Source: an uncultured Acidobacteriota bacterium
GTDB lineage: Bacteria > Acidobacteriota > Thermoanaerobaculia > Multivoradales > SZUA-115
Reading direction: 5' to 3'
NCBI GenBank assembly: GCA_963805975.1
Contig: CAWDVR010000005.1
Location: 224,001-288,000 of the forward strand
DNA length: 64,000 nt
In this document: in pieces, positions 43,701-52,143 of the stretch
Numbering within the stretch: position 1 is the stretch's first letter
How the letters are laid out: the number at the start of each line of letters is the position of its first letter
Made by a program: the position numbers and the translations under genes
Notes under the pieces: generated by a model
Database searches by the model: none
Seen by the model: the letters and a program-made list of their open reading frames with translations, nothing else
What the model was told of the DNA's origin: nothing

Positions 43701-46146
43701 GCAGAGGCCCGCGCTCGAGGTCGAAGGACCGCTCGGCGGCGTCGAGCAGGCACTCGGTGACCGCGCCCGGGGCGGCCTCCGCCGGAAGCTCCTCGAAGCG
43801 GACCTCCGGCGGCAGGGCCTCCCACACCACCTGCTCGGGCTCGCGGCCCGGCTCCTGGCGAAACGTGGTGCGCAGCGCCGGGTGCCGCGCCACGAGCCCG
43901 AGCACGGCGCGGGAGAGCGCCTCGCGGTCGAGCGCCCCGGAAACGTGCGCCGCACCCGAGAGGTGGTAGGCGGAGGTCGCCGGCGCCAGGCGGTCCAGGA
44001 ACCAGAGCGCCCGCTGGCCGTAGCTCACCGGATAGATGCCCGGTTCGGCCAGATACACCGCAAGCCGCGCGGCCTCCTCCGCCACGGCCACGGGCGTGTC
44101 GAGGCGAGCCAGGGCCGCCTCCACCATGTCGCCCAGCGTGGCGCCGGAGAGCAGGTCTTCGAGCGGCAGCTCGACGCCGAGGCTCGACTCCACCTGGTGG
44201 CGCACCTCGACGGCGGAGAGCGAGTCGAGGCCGGCGGTGGCGAGCACCGTGTCGGGCGCCAGATCCTCCGGCCGGGTGTGGAGCAGCCGTGCGAGCTTGG
44301 CGGCCAGGAAGTCGGTCACCAGCTTGCGCCGCGCCTCGCCACCCGCGGCGGCGAGAGCGTCGCGGGCCAGCTCCGGCTCGGCCGCGGGCGGCGGCTGGCG
44401 CGCCACGCTCGCCGCCACCACGTGCAGGCCGCCTTCGAGGTGCAGCTCGCGGCATTGGCGGCGCTGCACCTTGCCGCTGGTGGTGCGGGGCAGGGTGCCG
44501 GCGCGGATCAGCACCACCTCCGCGGCGTGGACCTCGTGCTCCTCGGCGAGCGCCCGGCGCACGGCCGCCACCACCGCCTCCGGGCTCTCGTCGCCGAGGC
44601 CCCCGGTCTCGGCCACCAGCACCAGCTCCTCGTTTCCTCCGCGCTCCACGGCGAAGGCCGCGGCGCCACCGGCGGCGAGCGCCGGGTGGCTGCGCTCGGC
44701 CGCCAGCTCCAGGTCCTGTGGGTAGACGTTCCGGCCGCGGACGATCAGCAGGTCTTTGAGCCGCCCGGTGATGAACAGCTCGCCGGAGTCGAGGAAGCCG
44801 AGGTCGCCGGTGCGCAGGAACGTGCCCGCGCCGGCATCGTCCGCGAGCCGCGCGCCGAAGGTCGCCACGGTTTGCTCCGGCTGCTGCCAGTAGCCCGCGG
44901 CCACGCTGGCGCCGGCCACCCAGATCTCGCCCACCTCTCCCGGCGGCAGGCGCAGGCCCGTCGCCGGATCGACGATCTCGACCCTCGTGCCCGCGAGCAC
45001 CGGGCCGCTGCCCACCAGGTCGCGGCTGCTGGGGTCGCCGTCGGAGACCGAATCCGCGCGGTGGGCCGCGAGGCCCCGGGCGTCGAACCGTCGCACCACC
45101 GGCGGCGTTCCCACGCCGCCGCCCGAGACCAGGAGCGTGGCCTCGGCGAGGCCGTAGCAGGGCCGGAACGCCTCGCGCCGGAAGCCGGCGGGCGCGAACG
45201 CCTCGGCGAAGCGCTCGAGGGTTCCGGCGCGCACCGGCTCGGCGCCGTTGAAGGCCACCTCCCAGCGCGAGAGGTCGAGCCGCGCCCGCTCCTCGGCCGG
45301 CACGCGCGCCACGGCCAGCTCGTAGGCGAAGTTGGGCGCGCCGCTGGTGGTGGCCTGGTAGCGGCTGATCGCCTCCAGCCAGCGCGCCGGCCGCTTGAGG
45401 AACGCCATTGGCGACATCCACACGCAGTGCGCGCCCAGGAACGGCGTGTGGAGCAGGTTCCCGATCAGCCCCATGTCATGGTAGAGCGGCAGCCAGGAGA
45501 CCAGCACCGAGCCCGCGTGGCGCTCGAAGGCGCGGCCGATCAGCTCCTGGTTGGCGAGCAGGTTGGCGTGCGTGACCATCACGCCCTTGGGCGCCGCGGT
45601 CGAGCCCGAGGTGTACTGCAGGAAGGCGAGGGCACCGGGGTCGACGGCCGGTGGCCGCCAAGTCGAAGGCGCGGTGGCCGCCGCCTCTTCGAGCGTCAGC
45701 CAGGCGATGGGAGCCAGCTCGAGGTCGCCCTCGAACCAGGCGCGCGAGCGGGCGAGCACGGCGGCGCTCGCGAGCCCCAGGGCCGGCCGGCAGTCCTCCA
45801 CCATCGCGGCGAGGCGCGGCAGGGCGCGGCGCGAGCGCGGCGGGTAGGCGGGCACGGCGACCGCGCCGCAATAGAGACAGGCGAAAAAGGCCACGGCCAG
45901 CTCGAGGCCGGGCGGGAACAGCAGCAGCACCCTCTCGCCGGGTGCGACCCGGCCTCCCAGCTCCGCCGCCAGGGCGCGCGCGCGTGCCGCCAGCTCGGCA
46001 TAGCTCAGCCGGTCGGACTCGACCTCACCGTCCAGCAGGAAGGTATAGACCGGCTTCTCGGGCCGCTCGGCGGCCCGGCGGTCGAGGATCTCGGCCAGGG
46101 TGCTTGCCGAGGGGTGTGGGGTGTAAGTGGGAGCGGTCCCTGCCAA
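37522..46146 (-). CDS. NRPS segment 1: FAAL-ACP-C(starter)-A1(Ala)-T-C-A2(Leu)
   Basis: FAAL motifs AFLQYTSGST, SWLPLYHDMGLIG, CYGLAEATL plus the FAAL insertion. ACP GLDSL, C HHIVTDLWS. A1 DLFNNALTYK, A2 DAWFLGHVVK. Compensating frameshifts at about 38900-39145 and an extra base at about 37572. TTG start is uncertain. Confidence 0.92.
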   Translation of the reverse strand: MAGTAPTYTPHPSASTLAEILDRRAAERPEKPVYTFLLDGEVESDRLSYAELAARARALAAELGGRVAPGERVLLLFPPGLELAVAFFACLYCGAVAVPAYPPRSRRALPRLAAMVEDCRPALGLASAAVLARSRAWFEGDLELAPIAWLTLEEAAATAPSTWRPPAVDPGALAFLQYTSGSTAAPKGVMVTHANLLANQELIGRAFERHAGSVLVSWLPLYHDMGLIGNLLHTPFLGAHCVWMSPMAFLKRPARWLEAISRYQATTSGAPNFAYELAVARVPAEERARLDLSRWEVAFNGAEPVRAGTLERFAEAFAPAGFRREAFRPCYGLAEATLLVSGGGVGTPPVVRRFDARGLAAHRADSVSDGDPSSRDLVGSGPVLAGTRVEIVDPATGLRLPPGEVGEIWVAGASVAAGYWQQPEQTVATFGARLADDAGAGTFLRTGDLGFLDSGELFITGRLKDLLIVRGRNVYPQDLELAAERSHPALAAGGAAAFAVERGGNEELVLVAETGGLGDESPEAVVAAVRRALAEEHEVHAAEVVLIRAGTLPRTTSGKVQRRQCRELHLEGGLHVVAASVARQPPPAAEPELARDALAAAGGEARRKLVTDFLAAKLARLLHTRPEDLAPDTVLATAGLDSLSAVEVRHQVESSLGVELPLEDLLSGATLGDMVEAALARLDTPVAVAEEAARLAVYLAEPGIYPVSYGQRALWFLDRLAPATSAYHLSGAAHVSGALDREALSRAVLGLVARHPALRTTFRQEPGREPEQVVWEALPPEVRFEELPAEAAPGAVTECLLDAAERSFDLERGPLLRVLVLAEPGGSHLLLLATHHIVTDLWSLAVMLEELGALYAGRGPEELPEPGGTPAGHAAAERALLAGARGAELWEHWRRELGGEREPLALPTDRPRPPAQSFRGAAVSRALAAPLAARLQALARERGTTLFVSLAAALQALLGRWSGQRELAVGVPTSGRASADLAGAVGYFVNPVVLAADLGGNPTAGEWIERVRTRAATAFAHQDAPFPWLAERLAPVRDPSRSPLFDVLFALERAPRHEASGIGLFALGEAGGRMALGDLTLESLPLPQRSAQFDLAWMVAEAGETLASRLIFNTDLFDRATAERFAAQLEALLLALAEAPDRPLASLALLASADRHQLLCEWNDTAREPSAGTLHGLIEAQAQRTPERIAVSWSGEQWSYAGLDARASRLAARLRSLGIAPETPVGVLLERSATLPAALLAVLKAGGAYVPLDPNYPAERLTFLVEDSGLTTVIAEPEHAEKLPPASFRLLSPSSVGGSTGHSDESTPVAWRVAPHGGPREDRSASEDRSGESCGDRTRQEQPTPGHASALLSGTSLDTAASTASTASTISAANLAYLIYTSGSTGRPKGIAIEHRSAVALVAWATEAFTPAELAGVAASTSVNFDLSVFELFVPLALGGTVIGAQNGLAVAELSEAAALTLVNTVPSVAERLAEGWLPAGLRTVNLAGEPLKPELAARLHRHPQVERLLNLYGPSEDTTYSTFTAVDRGARRVTIGRPVSGSAAYLLDRRLAPVPLGVPAELCLAGDGLARGYLGRPALTAEKWVPDPFSGRGGRLYATGDLARLLPSGEIDFLGRIDHQIKLRGFRIELGEIEARLVEQPGVRAATVLLRQDLATGPALVAYLEAEREPLTLTLSPRAGRGDRSPGLPGGAEAGSLPASSLREDAEPGSPPAPSPRGSGERAGVRGSELRDALRERLPEPMVPSFFVVLAALPLTPNGKVDRRALARLPAPQPEGEAGGGAHEPPRGSVEEAVAAAWADLLGLAEVGRHQSFFELGGHSILATQVISRLRHAFGVELPVRALFERPTVAGLAETLEAALARHGRTATAPVRPLADRGALPLSAGQERLWFLEQWQPGTAAYNMPVAARLRGRLDIAALAEALAAIAARHEGLRASFAAGDGAPVLSIAPPSPARLPVVDLAGLGAPAREAAAQKLGRSEAARPFDLERGPLFRAAALRLGEGEHFLLLALHHIVADGWSIGVLLAELGALYRARLAGEAAELPPLPVQYADYAAWQRRQIAGEALAAGLAFWRERLAGAPEKLELPLDRPRPAVPSLAGGQVRFRLPAELRARLATVGSEAGSTPFMTVLAGFATLLHRVTGQRDLVLGAPVAQRPDPALEGLIGFFVGNLVLRVDLAGDPGFRALLARCRATVLEAQAHEIPFEHLVEALNPGRGGGHAPLFQVALAWQAQPLAMALPGLAVEPLPMHSGTAKLDLALSFLDLGDGGATAAPGGLWADLEYASDLFDRTSAERLAAQLIRLLDAVAREPERPLSTLPLLSAAEAHQLGHEWGRRRGTAFRPYPGQPDLPPQPESTRPGPSLRSGRQGSLASRRRGAGARGCGLRRRAPELRRAAGPGVGCSQRGSRRSAWRPEGVVALLAPRSAELVVGMLAALEAGASFLPLDPGHPPERLAAVVQDAGAAVLLTGQGQPAGWSPAVLVLTLEPLTLTLSPQAGRGDREESFEMGGVRNGVRGSFSADARAYVIYTSGSTGRPKGVEVRHRGLANLVAWHLATYGLTAEDRTSLVASPAFDASVWEVFPALAAGSRLEIPDEDVRADPARLAPWLVERRITLSFQPTPVAELLAARHWPSETVLRALLTGGDRLQAAPAAALPFRLLNHYGPTEVTVVTTAGEVAPRPAAAVSKAPSIGRPIAGLSLLVVDRSFAPLPVGVPGELLIGGAGLARGYLGRPALTAQSFVPDPRGAEPGARLYRSGDLVRWAAAGEIDFLGRIDTQVKVRGFRIEPGEIEAALAALPAVAQAAVLARDAPGGGKALVAYVVLHESVAQADAAETLRDALAARLPSYMVPSRFVVLACPAADAERQGGPACTA
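38593..38689. repeat. Palindromic element family A, in frame within A2
   Basis: ggagcccctcaccc...gggtgaggggctcc terminal inverted repeats; translates PLTLTLSPQAGRGD...GVRGS. Confidence 0.85.
39041..39068. repeat. Palindromic element family B, half copy, in the C-A2 linker
   Basis: tgtcgtcctgagcgcagcgaaggacctg. Confidence 0.75.
40960..41140. repeat. Palindromic element family A, in frame within A1
   Basis: ggagcccctcaccc...gggtgaggggctcc; same insertion site as the copy at 9753. Confidence 0.85.
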
Positions 46147-46460
46147 CGGTCAGCCCGGCCTTGCGCCGCGGCCAGACACGGCGGCGGCGATGTCCCCCCT
46201 AATGTGCGGAAGGCCGGGGCTTCTAGGACAGCGCAGGCAACCTCTTGGAGATGCAGATGCGTCTGGGCTGGTGGTGGGGTCGGGCGGGTCAGAGCGGGGC
46301 CGGGGAGGCCGGGCCCCCCGGTCCGGCAGATCTCGCGTTGTCCAGCGAAGACAACCCCACGGCGACCTTTGGTGTTGAGCGTAAAATGCGTCCAGCCGCA
46401 ATCAAGATGGAAGATTGACTGTCCGGCGAGGCGGGCGCAACGGCCGGCCTCGTCCGTCCA
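46147..46460. promoter_or_regulatory. Divergent intergenic region upstream of the FAAL-NRPS operon
   Basis: Non-coding gap with AT-richer patches between divergent genes; no specific boxes assigned. Confidence 0.4.
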
Positions 46461-47057
46461 ATGGGAGGAGTCGCGACGATGTTTCGCTACGACGGATTGG
46501 TGGTCCTGGCCGGCGTGCTCGGCTATCTGGTATCGATCGGCGCCAGCACTGTGCTGGTGCTGTTGTTCTTCGACCTCAACAGGCGGCTGCTGCCCGGTGG
46601 CAAGGTCACGAAGCTCTTCACCGGCGAATCAGCGGGCCAGTCGACGGCACCTGCCATCGCCCTGGGGGCCGCCACGCTCTGTCAAGCCTACCTCCTGCGG
46701 CACGCCGTCTTCGTGGTCATGGCGCTGGTCCAGGACTTTCTCGTCGCCTACGGGGACCATCTGTCCGTCACGAGCTTCCCCTTCGGGCCGTTCTTGAAGC
46801 TGGTCGTACTGGCGCTCGGCCTGCTGTTCCTCCTCTGCCTGCTCGCTCTGGCGTCGATCTTGATCGCGGGCAAGTTCTTCGACTGGATGACACGCGGGAT
46901 CGAGGAGCTCCACGAGATCGCGAACGGCAACGTTCCAGTCGCCATCCTCTTCGCATTCGTCCTCTTCGCGGTGACGGCCATCCTCAACGAAGGGATTGAA
47001 GACGTTGCGCGCGCGCTCGTCCCGTACAGCCGGTCCGGGGTGGTGAGTGTGCCATGA
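46461..47057 (+). CDS. DUF350-like integral membrane protein
   Basis: Several hydrophobic helices; C-terminal EELHEIANGNVPVAILFAFVLFAV resembles the DUF350 motif. Stop overlaps the next start (ATGA). Confidence 0.65.
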   Translation: MGGVATMFRYDGLVVLAGVLGYLVSIGASTVLVLLFFDLNRRLLPGGKVTKLFTGESAGQSTAPAIALGAATLCQAYLLRHAVFVVMALVQDFLVAYGDHLSVTSFPFGPFLKLVVLALGLLFLLCLLALASILIAGKFFDWMTRGIEELHEIANGNVPVAILFAFVLFAVTAILNEGIEDVARALVPYSRSGVVSVP

Positions 47058-48232
47058 GGCCTTCTTCTGTGGAGTGGTGTAGCGCCCTCGGCGCGATCGC
47101 CGTCGGTCTCTGGGGAATCCTCCAAGTTGGAGGGGCACGCGCCACCCCCGTGGATCTCGGCGCGGCTGTGGGCGACCAACCTGCCGGCGTCCACAAAGTT
47201 CACTTCAAGTACGAAGACATCAGGCAGGATCCGCACGAGATCACCTGCGAGCTGAAGGAGGAGGCCGAGGACGATTTCGGATACTCGCTCGATCCTCAGG
47301 CGAACCTGCGCGAGCTGGATGACATGCTGCGCGCAAGGATCACTGCATTGGTAGGCGACCTTGCAGAACATCTTGAGCACAAGGTGTCGCACGACACCCC
47401 CGACTCGCCAGGACGAGAGTGTGCAATCGACTGGAAATACAGGCTTGGCGGCGATTGGGAGAAGTTCTATGCCCGGGTGCCAGCCGACGATCGGGGGCGT
47501 GCCTTGGCCCTCCGGCAGGCGCTCGAGGGGGAAGCGCTGAAGACGATAGGAAGCGAGGCCCTGAGTGCCTTCCTTCGCGAACGTGGATTCGAGAGCCGGC
47601 CATGTAAGCGCAACCCCAAACTTCGGGAGCTCTTCCCTGCCTATAAGCCCTTGGCAGAAAAGGGGAGGAAGGAGCTAGCGAACTGCTATCGAGAGCTGGT
47701 GAGAGAAGCGAAACTCGCCGACGAGGAAGACCAAAGGAAAATCCTCAACCATCTTCTTGCGATTATCATCAATATGCCCGAGGTGTTACCGCCCACACCA
47801 GAAAATGGGCGCTGTCAGGCGGGCTTCTGGGTTCCCACCAAGGTCATCCGCCGCGGCAGTGGCGACTGCGAGTCGAAGGCGACTGCGCTCTTCGCCCTGT
47901 GGCAACAGCCCGACCGGCAGGTAGCCCTGGTCGCCCGACCCGGGGCCGGTTCTCAATGCTTCGCTGACGAGATCAACGAGATCAGACTGCCGGCGGAGGG
48001 GCACATGTTTCTGGCGATCGAGCACAAGGCGGGGGAAAGACTTCCCGAGACGTACTGTCAGATCGGATTGCGCCAGTACGTTCTGCACGAGATGTTGTCA
48101 GGCAAGGTGGAGCCAAACCCGCCCTGTACTAACAATGATTACCACCTGGTAAGAGATCCCTGGTTCTCCTACTGCATGACCGACGACTGTGAAGGCCCTC
48201 AGCGCCCCATCACTCTTGGCGCAGCACCGTGA
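47054..48232 (+). CDS. Probably exported hypothetical protein with a transglutaminase-like (Cys-His-acid) domain
   Basis: N-terminal hydrophobic segment; motifs GSGDCESKA, GHMFLAI, YVLHE. Visibly lower GC than the flanks; coupled to the upstream gene. Confidence 0.65.
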   Translation: MRPSSVEWCSALGAIAVGLWGILQVGGARATPVDLGAAVGDQPAGVHKVHFKYEDIRQDPHEITCELKEEAEDDFGYSLDPQANLRELDDMLRARITALVGDLAEHLEHKVSHDTPDSPGRECAIDWKYRLGGDWEKFYARVPADDRGRALALRQALEGEALKTIGSEALSAFLRERGFESRPCKRNPKLRELFPAYKPLAEKGRKELANCYRELVREAKLADEEDQRKILNHLLAIIINMPEVLPPTPENGRCQAGFWVPTKVIRRGSGDCESKATALFALWQQPDRQVALVARPGAGSQCFADEINEIRLPAEGHMFLAIEHKAGERLPETYCQIGLRQYVLHEMLSGKVEPNPPCTNNDYHLVRDPWFSYCMTDDCEGPQRPITLGAAP

Positions 48233-50603
48233 TGGGATCGACCCGCGTCGCCCGCAGCGCCGGTACGTAGCTCGCGGCCAGGCCCACCGCCAGGAGCAGC
48301 AGGGCCACGCCGATGAAGGTGAGGGGATCGAAGGGCTGGACGCCGAAGAGGAAGAAGGCGAGGGCGCGGGTGAGGCCGAAGGCGAGCACCAGCCCAATGC
48401 CGACGCCGAGGCCGGTCAGGCGGGCGCCTTCGCCCAGCACCAGGCGCAGGACGCCGCGGCGGTCGGCGCCGATCGCCATGCGGATGCCGATCTCGCGGCG
48501 GCGCTGGGCCACGGAGTAGGCCATCACGCCGTAGACCCCGATCACCGCCAGGATGAAGGCCATGGCGGAGACCATGCCGAGGATCTTCATCATCGCCCGC
48601 TGGCCGCCCAGCCAGCCGCCGAGCACCTCGTCCATGGTCAGCACCTCGTGGATGGCCTGGTCGGCGTCGAGGCGCGCCACCTCGCGGCGCACGGGGTTGA
48701 CCAGCGAGGCCGGGTCGCCCTGGGTGCGAATGGTGAAGGTGGGGTTCCGGAGCGCGGCCTGGAAGAGGGGCGCCAGGACCGTGGGCTGCGGCGCGTTCTC
48801 GGGACCGAAGTCGCGCACGTCCCGCGCCACGCCCACCACCTCGTGCAGCACGCCGTCGAGCCCCACCCGCTGGCCGATGGCGCTCTGGTCCGGCCAGTGA
48901 CGGGCGGCGAAGGACTGGTTGACGAGCGCCACCGGCGGGCTGTCGACGGCGTCCTCCCAGCCGATCTCGCGGCCCGCCGCCAGCTCCATGCGCAGGGCCG
49001 CGAAGTAGCCGGGCGCCACGCGCTTCACCGCCACGGTGGGCGGCGCGTCGGACGAGGCCAGGTCCTGGCCGGGGACCGAGTAGGCCACGGTCTCGCTGCC
49101 CCGCGTGGGCACGTGGGAGGTGGCCCCCGCCACCTCCACGCCGGGGAGCGCCGCCAGGCGCTCGAGGAGCTGGCGCTCGAAGAGGCGAACCGCGCCGTCG
49201 TCGGCGTACTTGGGCTCGGGCAGCGTCACCTGGAAGGTGAGGACGCCTTTCGTCTCGTAGCCGGTCTTGGCGCCGGCCAGGCGCAGATAGGACTGGATCA
49301 AGAGCCCGGCACCGATCAGCAGCACCAGCGAGAGGCAGACCTCGGCGGTGGCGAGCGTCCTGCGCAGCCGGCCGCCCTTGCCCGCGGTGCCGGTGCGCCC
49401 GCCTTCGCGCAGCGACTGGGCGAGGTTCGGCCGCGAGCTGCGCAGCGCCGGCGCCAAACCGGCGGCGAGCGCGGCGACCACCACCACGAGGAGGGTGAAG
49501 AGAAGGGGCCGCGGGCCGAGCCGCAGGTGCTCGCTCTCCGGCCAGCCGGGGGGCAGGAGGGCGGCGAACCAGCGCACGCCGCCCAGCGAGAGCAGGATGC
49601 CGAGGAAACCGCCGCCCAGCGCCAGGAGCAGGCTCTCGGCGAGCTGGCGGCCGACGATGGTGGCACGGCTCGCGCCGAGCGCTCCCTCGAGGGCGATCTC
49701 CCGCCCGCGGCCCAGGGCGCGGATCAGCAGCAGGTTGGCGACGTTGGCGCAGGCGATCAACAGCACGAGGAGGGCGGCGGCGCCGGAGATCAGGCTCGCC
49801 TGGCGGAACTCCTCGTCGAACCAGTACTGCTGGAGGAGGATGAGCGAAACGCCGTTGCCGGCGCTGGTGTCCGGGTGGGCGGCGGCGACCCGGCGGCCGA
49901 TCGAGTCCATCTCGGCGCGCGCCTCGGCCAGGGACCGGCCGTCCTGCAAGCGGCCCAGCAGGTAGAAGGCCCGCAGGTCGCGAGGCTCCTCGCCGGTGGT
50001 CACGATCGGCACGAAGACGTCCACGAAGCCCTCGCCGAAGCGGAAGCTCGGCGGCAGCACCCCGACCACCGTGTGCGGCACGCCGTCGAGCGACAGGCTC
50101 TGGCCCACCGCCGCCGGGTTGCCGCCGTAACGCCGCTTCCAGGCGCGGTCGGAGAGCAGCACCACCGGCGCGCCGCCCAGCCGGCCGTCCTCGGGCAGGA
50201 AGTCGCGGCCGAGCGCCGGCCGCACGCGCAGCAGGTCGAAGAAGCCGGGGCCCACCCGCAGGGCGTCCACCCGCTCCGGCAGGTCGCCGCCGGAGACGTT
50301 GAAGCCGGCGAGCTGGTAGGGCGCGAGCTCCAGGGTCGCGCTCTCGGCCTGCCAGTCGCGCAGGTCGGGCATCGAGCTCCGGGTGCGCCGGCCGCCGCGC
50401 TGGGCGTTGAGCGTGGTGACGAAGAGCAGGTCGTCGCCCTTCTCGAACGAGATCGGTCGGATCATGAAGACGTCGATGGCCGAGAAGATGGTGGTCGCCG
50501 CGCCGATACCGAGCGCGAACGACAACAGCGCCACCACCGTCGGCCCGGGATTGCCGCGCAGCGAGCGCAACGCCACGGCGAGATTGCGGCCCAGGTTGCT
50601 CAT
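48210..50603 (-). CDS. ABC transporter permease, ADOP (acidobacterial duplicated orphan permease)/MacB-FtsX family
   Basis: 797 aa with duplicated halves: ALGIGAATTIFS, LLIACANVANLL, REIALEGALGASR, GVMAYSVAQRRREIGIRMAIGA, ending RATRVDPITVLRQE. No adjacent ATPase. Confidence 0.9.
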   Translation of the reverse strand: MSNLGRNLAVALRSLRGNPGPTVVALLSFALGIGAATTIFSAIDVFMIRPISFEKGDDLLFVTTLNAQRGGRRTRSSMPDLRDWQAESATLELAPYQLAGFNVSGGDLPERVDALRVGPGFFDLLRVRPALGRDFLPEDGRLGGAPVVLLSDRAWKRRYGGNPAAVGQSLSLDGVPHTVVGVLPPSFRFGEGFVDVFVPIVTTGEEPRDLRAFYLLGRLQDGRSLAEARAEMDSIGRRVAAAHPDTSAGNGVSLILLQQYWFDEEFRQASLISGAAALLVLLIACANVANLLLIRALGRGREIALEGALGASRATIVGRQLAESLLLALGGGFLGILLSLGGVRWFAALLPPGWPESEHLRLGPRPLLFTLLVVVVAALAAGLAPALRSSRPNLAQSLREGGRTGTAGKGGRLRRTLATAEVCLSLVLLIGAGLLIQSYLRLAGAKTGYETKGVLTFQVTLPEPKYADDGAVRLFERQLLERLAALPGVEVAGATSHVPTRGSETVAYSVPGQDLASSDAPPTVAVKRVAPGYFAALRMELAAGREIGWEDAVDSPPVALVNQSFAARHWPDQSAIGQRVGLDGVLHEVVGVARDVRDFGPENAPQPTVLAPLFQAALRNPTFTIRTQGDPASLVNPVRREVARLDADQAIHEVLTMDEVLGGWLGGQRAMMKILGMVSAMAFILAVIGVYGVMAYSVAQRRREIGIRMAIGADRRGVLRLVLGEGARLTGLGVGIGLVLAFGLTRALAFFLFGVQPFDPLTFIGVALLLLAVGLAASYVPALRATRVDPITVLRQE

Positions 50604-50671
50604 CGACGGGCGAAGCCCTCAGCGAACCGAAACAGCGGGTGAGAAAGCCGCGAGCGGCTCAGATGCCTCTC

Positions 50672-51913
50672 TCAAGCAGCGGAGATTTCCACGCGATAGC
50701 GGTCCAGGTTGTCCATGTGGCAGTTCGGCCGCTCGACCGTCCGGTGCACGATGGTCTCGAACACGCCCGAGGCGCTGGGGTACATCACCGGCTCGAGCAG
50801 CTCGCTCTCGTCGCGGATCACGCCGTTGTTCTTGGCGATCTCGAAGAGCGGCGCCTCCGGGTAGACCCGCACCCGCGGCGTCACGTCCACGTCCTTGAAC
50901 GGGATGGTGTCGAGGGTGCGGAAGGTCTCGTTGACGGTCTCCGGCGTCTCGCAGGGATGGCCGAAGAGCAGGCTGCACGCCACCTCCATGCCCAGCTCGT
51001 GGCAGAGCTCGACGGCGCGCCGCACGTCCGCCACGGTGAAGCCCTTGCGCAGCTCGAGCAGCACCTTGTCGCACAGGCTGTCGACCCCGAAGTAGACCAG
51101 CTTGCGACCGAAGGGCGGCAGCAGCTCGGCGAACTCACGGGTGAAAGCGGCCTTGTGCGGGTTGATGAAGCCGTCCCAGTCGACATCGGTCATCCCCGCC
51201 TCGAGCATGGCGCGCAGGAGCTTGTTCGCCGACTTGACCGGGATGTTGAACACCGCGTCGCAGAAGAACACCTTCTTGATGCCTTGCGCGCGCAGGTTGG
51301 CGACCTCGTCGAGCACTTCCTCGGTCGGCCGCTGCACCACGTGGTGGCCGTCGACGCCGGGGTAGTCGCAGTACTGGCAACTGAATGGGCAGCCGAACTT
51401 GGTGGCGACGCCGATCTTGTCGCCCTTGTCCAGATAAAAAGTCTTGTCCATCACGTTGCGCTGGAAGCGGCCGTTGACGTACTGCGAGAAGTCGCGGATC
51501 ACCGGCGGCGGCTCCTCGCCGGCGGCGAGCATGGCGAGGAGCTTGTCCACCGCGCCGAAGCCCTTCGAGGCCAGGGCGTGGTCCACCCCGAGGTAGGCGC
51601 GGGTCGGCTCCGGCACCAGGTTGACGCCGCTGCCGGCGACCGCGATGCGGCCGGGATGGTACTGGCGGATCTCGCGGATCACCTCGCGGGTGCGCTGCAG
51701 CTCGAAGACCGAGTTGGCCGAGCCGCTGTCCAGGTTGCGGACGGCGATCAGGAGCAGGTCGTGGCCGGGGACGACCGAGAGGTCCCGGGACACGTTCATG
51801 TCCAGCACCGTGCAGTCCCAGCCCTCGTTGAGGAGGTGCTCGGCGGTGTACTCGAGGCCTACCGGGAAGACCGGGGGGTCGAGCACGTTGGGATTGAGCA
51901 GCAGGATTCTCAT
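50672..51913 (-). CDS. Cobalamin-binding radical SAM enzyme, putative methyltransferase (TsrM-like features)
   Basis: ATG 51913 with a purine-rich RBS. N-terminal B12-binding-like domain MRILLLNPN..PPVFPVGLEY with RNLD; CxxxCxxC in TKFGCPFSCQYCDYP; FFCDAVFN and LLFGHPCET. Confidence 0.85.
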   Translation of the reverse strand: MRILLLNPNVLDPPVFPVGLEYTAEHLLNEGWDCTVLDMNVSRDLSVVPGHDLLLIAVRNLDSGSANSVFELQRTREVIREIRQYHPGRIAVAGSGVNLVPEPTRAYLGVDHALASKGFGAVDKLLAMLAAGEEPPPVIRDFSQYVNGRFQRNVMDKTFYLDKGDKIGVATKFGCPFSCQYCDYPGVDGHHVVQRPTEEVLDEVANLRAQGIKKVFFCDAVFNIPVKSANKLLRAMLEAGMTDVDWDGFINPHKAAFTREFAELLPPFGRKLVYFGVDSLCDKVLLELRKGFTVADVRRAVELCHELGMEVACSLLFGHPCETPETVNETFRTLDTIPFKDVDVTPRVRVYPEAPLFEIAKNNGVIRDESELLEPVMYPSASGVFETIVHRTVERPNCHMDNLDRYRVEISAA

Positions 51914-52143
51914 CGGTTCTCCGTTCCTCGCGGGCGCAGTGCCTCGAGCATTCGTACACAGAGTGCTGAGATGACGCGAGGTGTGACGGAATACCCGGAA
52001 CTGCCTCGCCGGGAGGCGATCCGGCCACGGCGGTGGAGCATACATCGGACAAAAGCGGCCATCCCATCCATTTCCTTGGTTTCCGTGTCACGATCGGCCC
52101 GTCTCACTGCATGAAGAGGCGTCAAAGCGCCTTTCCTTCCGTC
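51914..52143. promoter_or_regulatory. Divergent intergenic region, likely promoters
   Basis: Less GC-rich 230-bp gap between the divergent radical SAM and exporter genes; no specific boxes assigned. Confidence 0.4.

Noticed and set aside
50672-51913. RiPP maturase
   Set aside because: No SPASM/RRE features or precursor peptide seen; it has a B12-binding-like N-terminus and an NRPS context.
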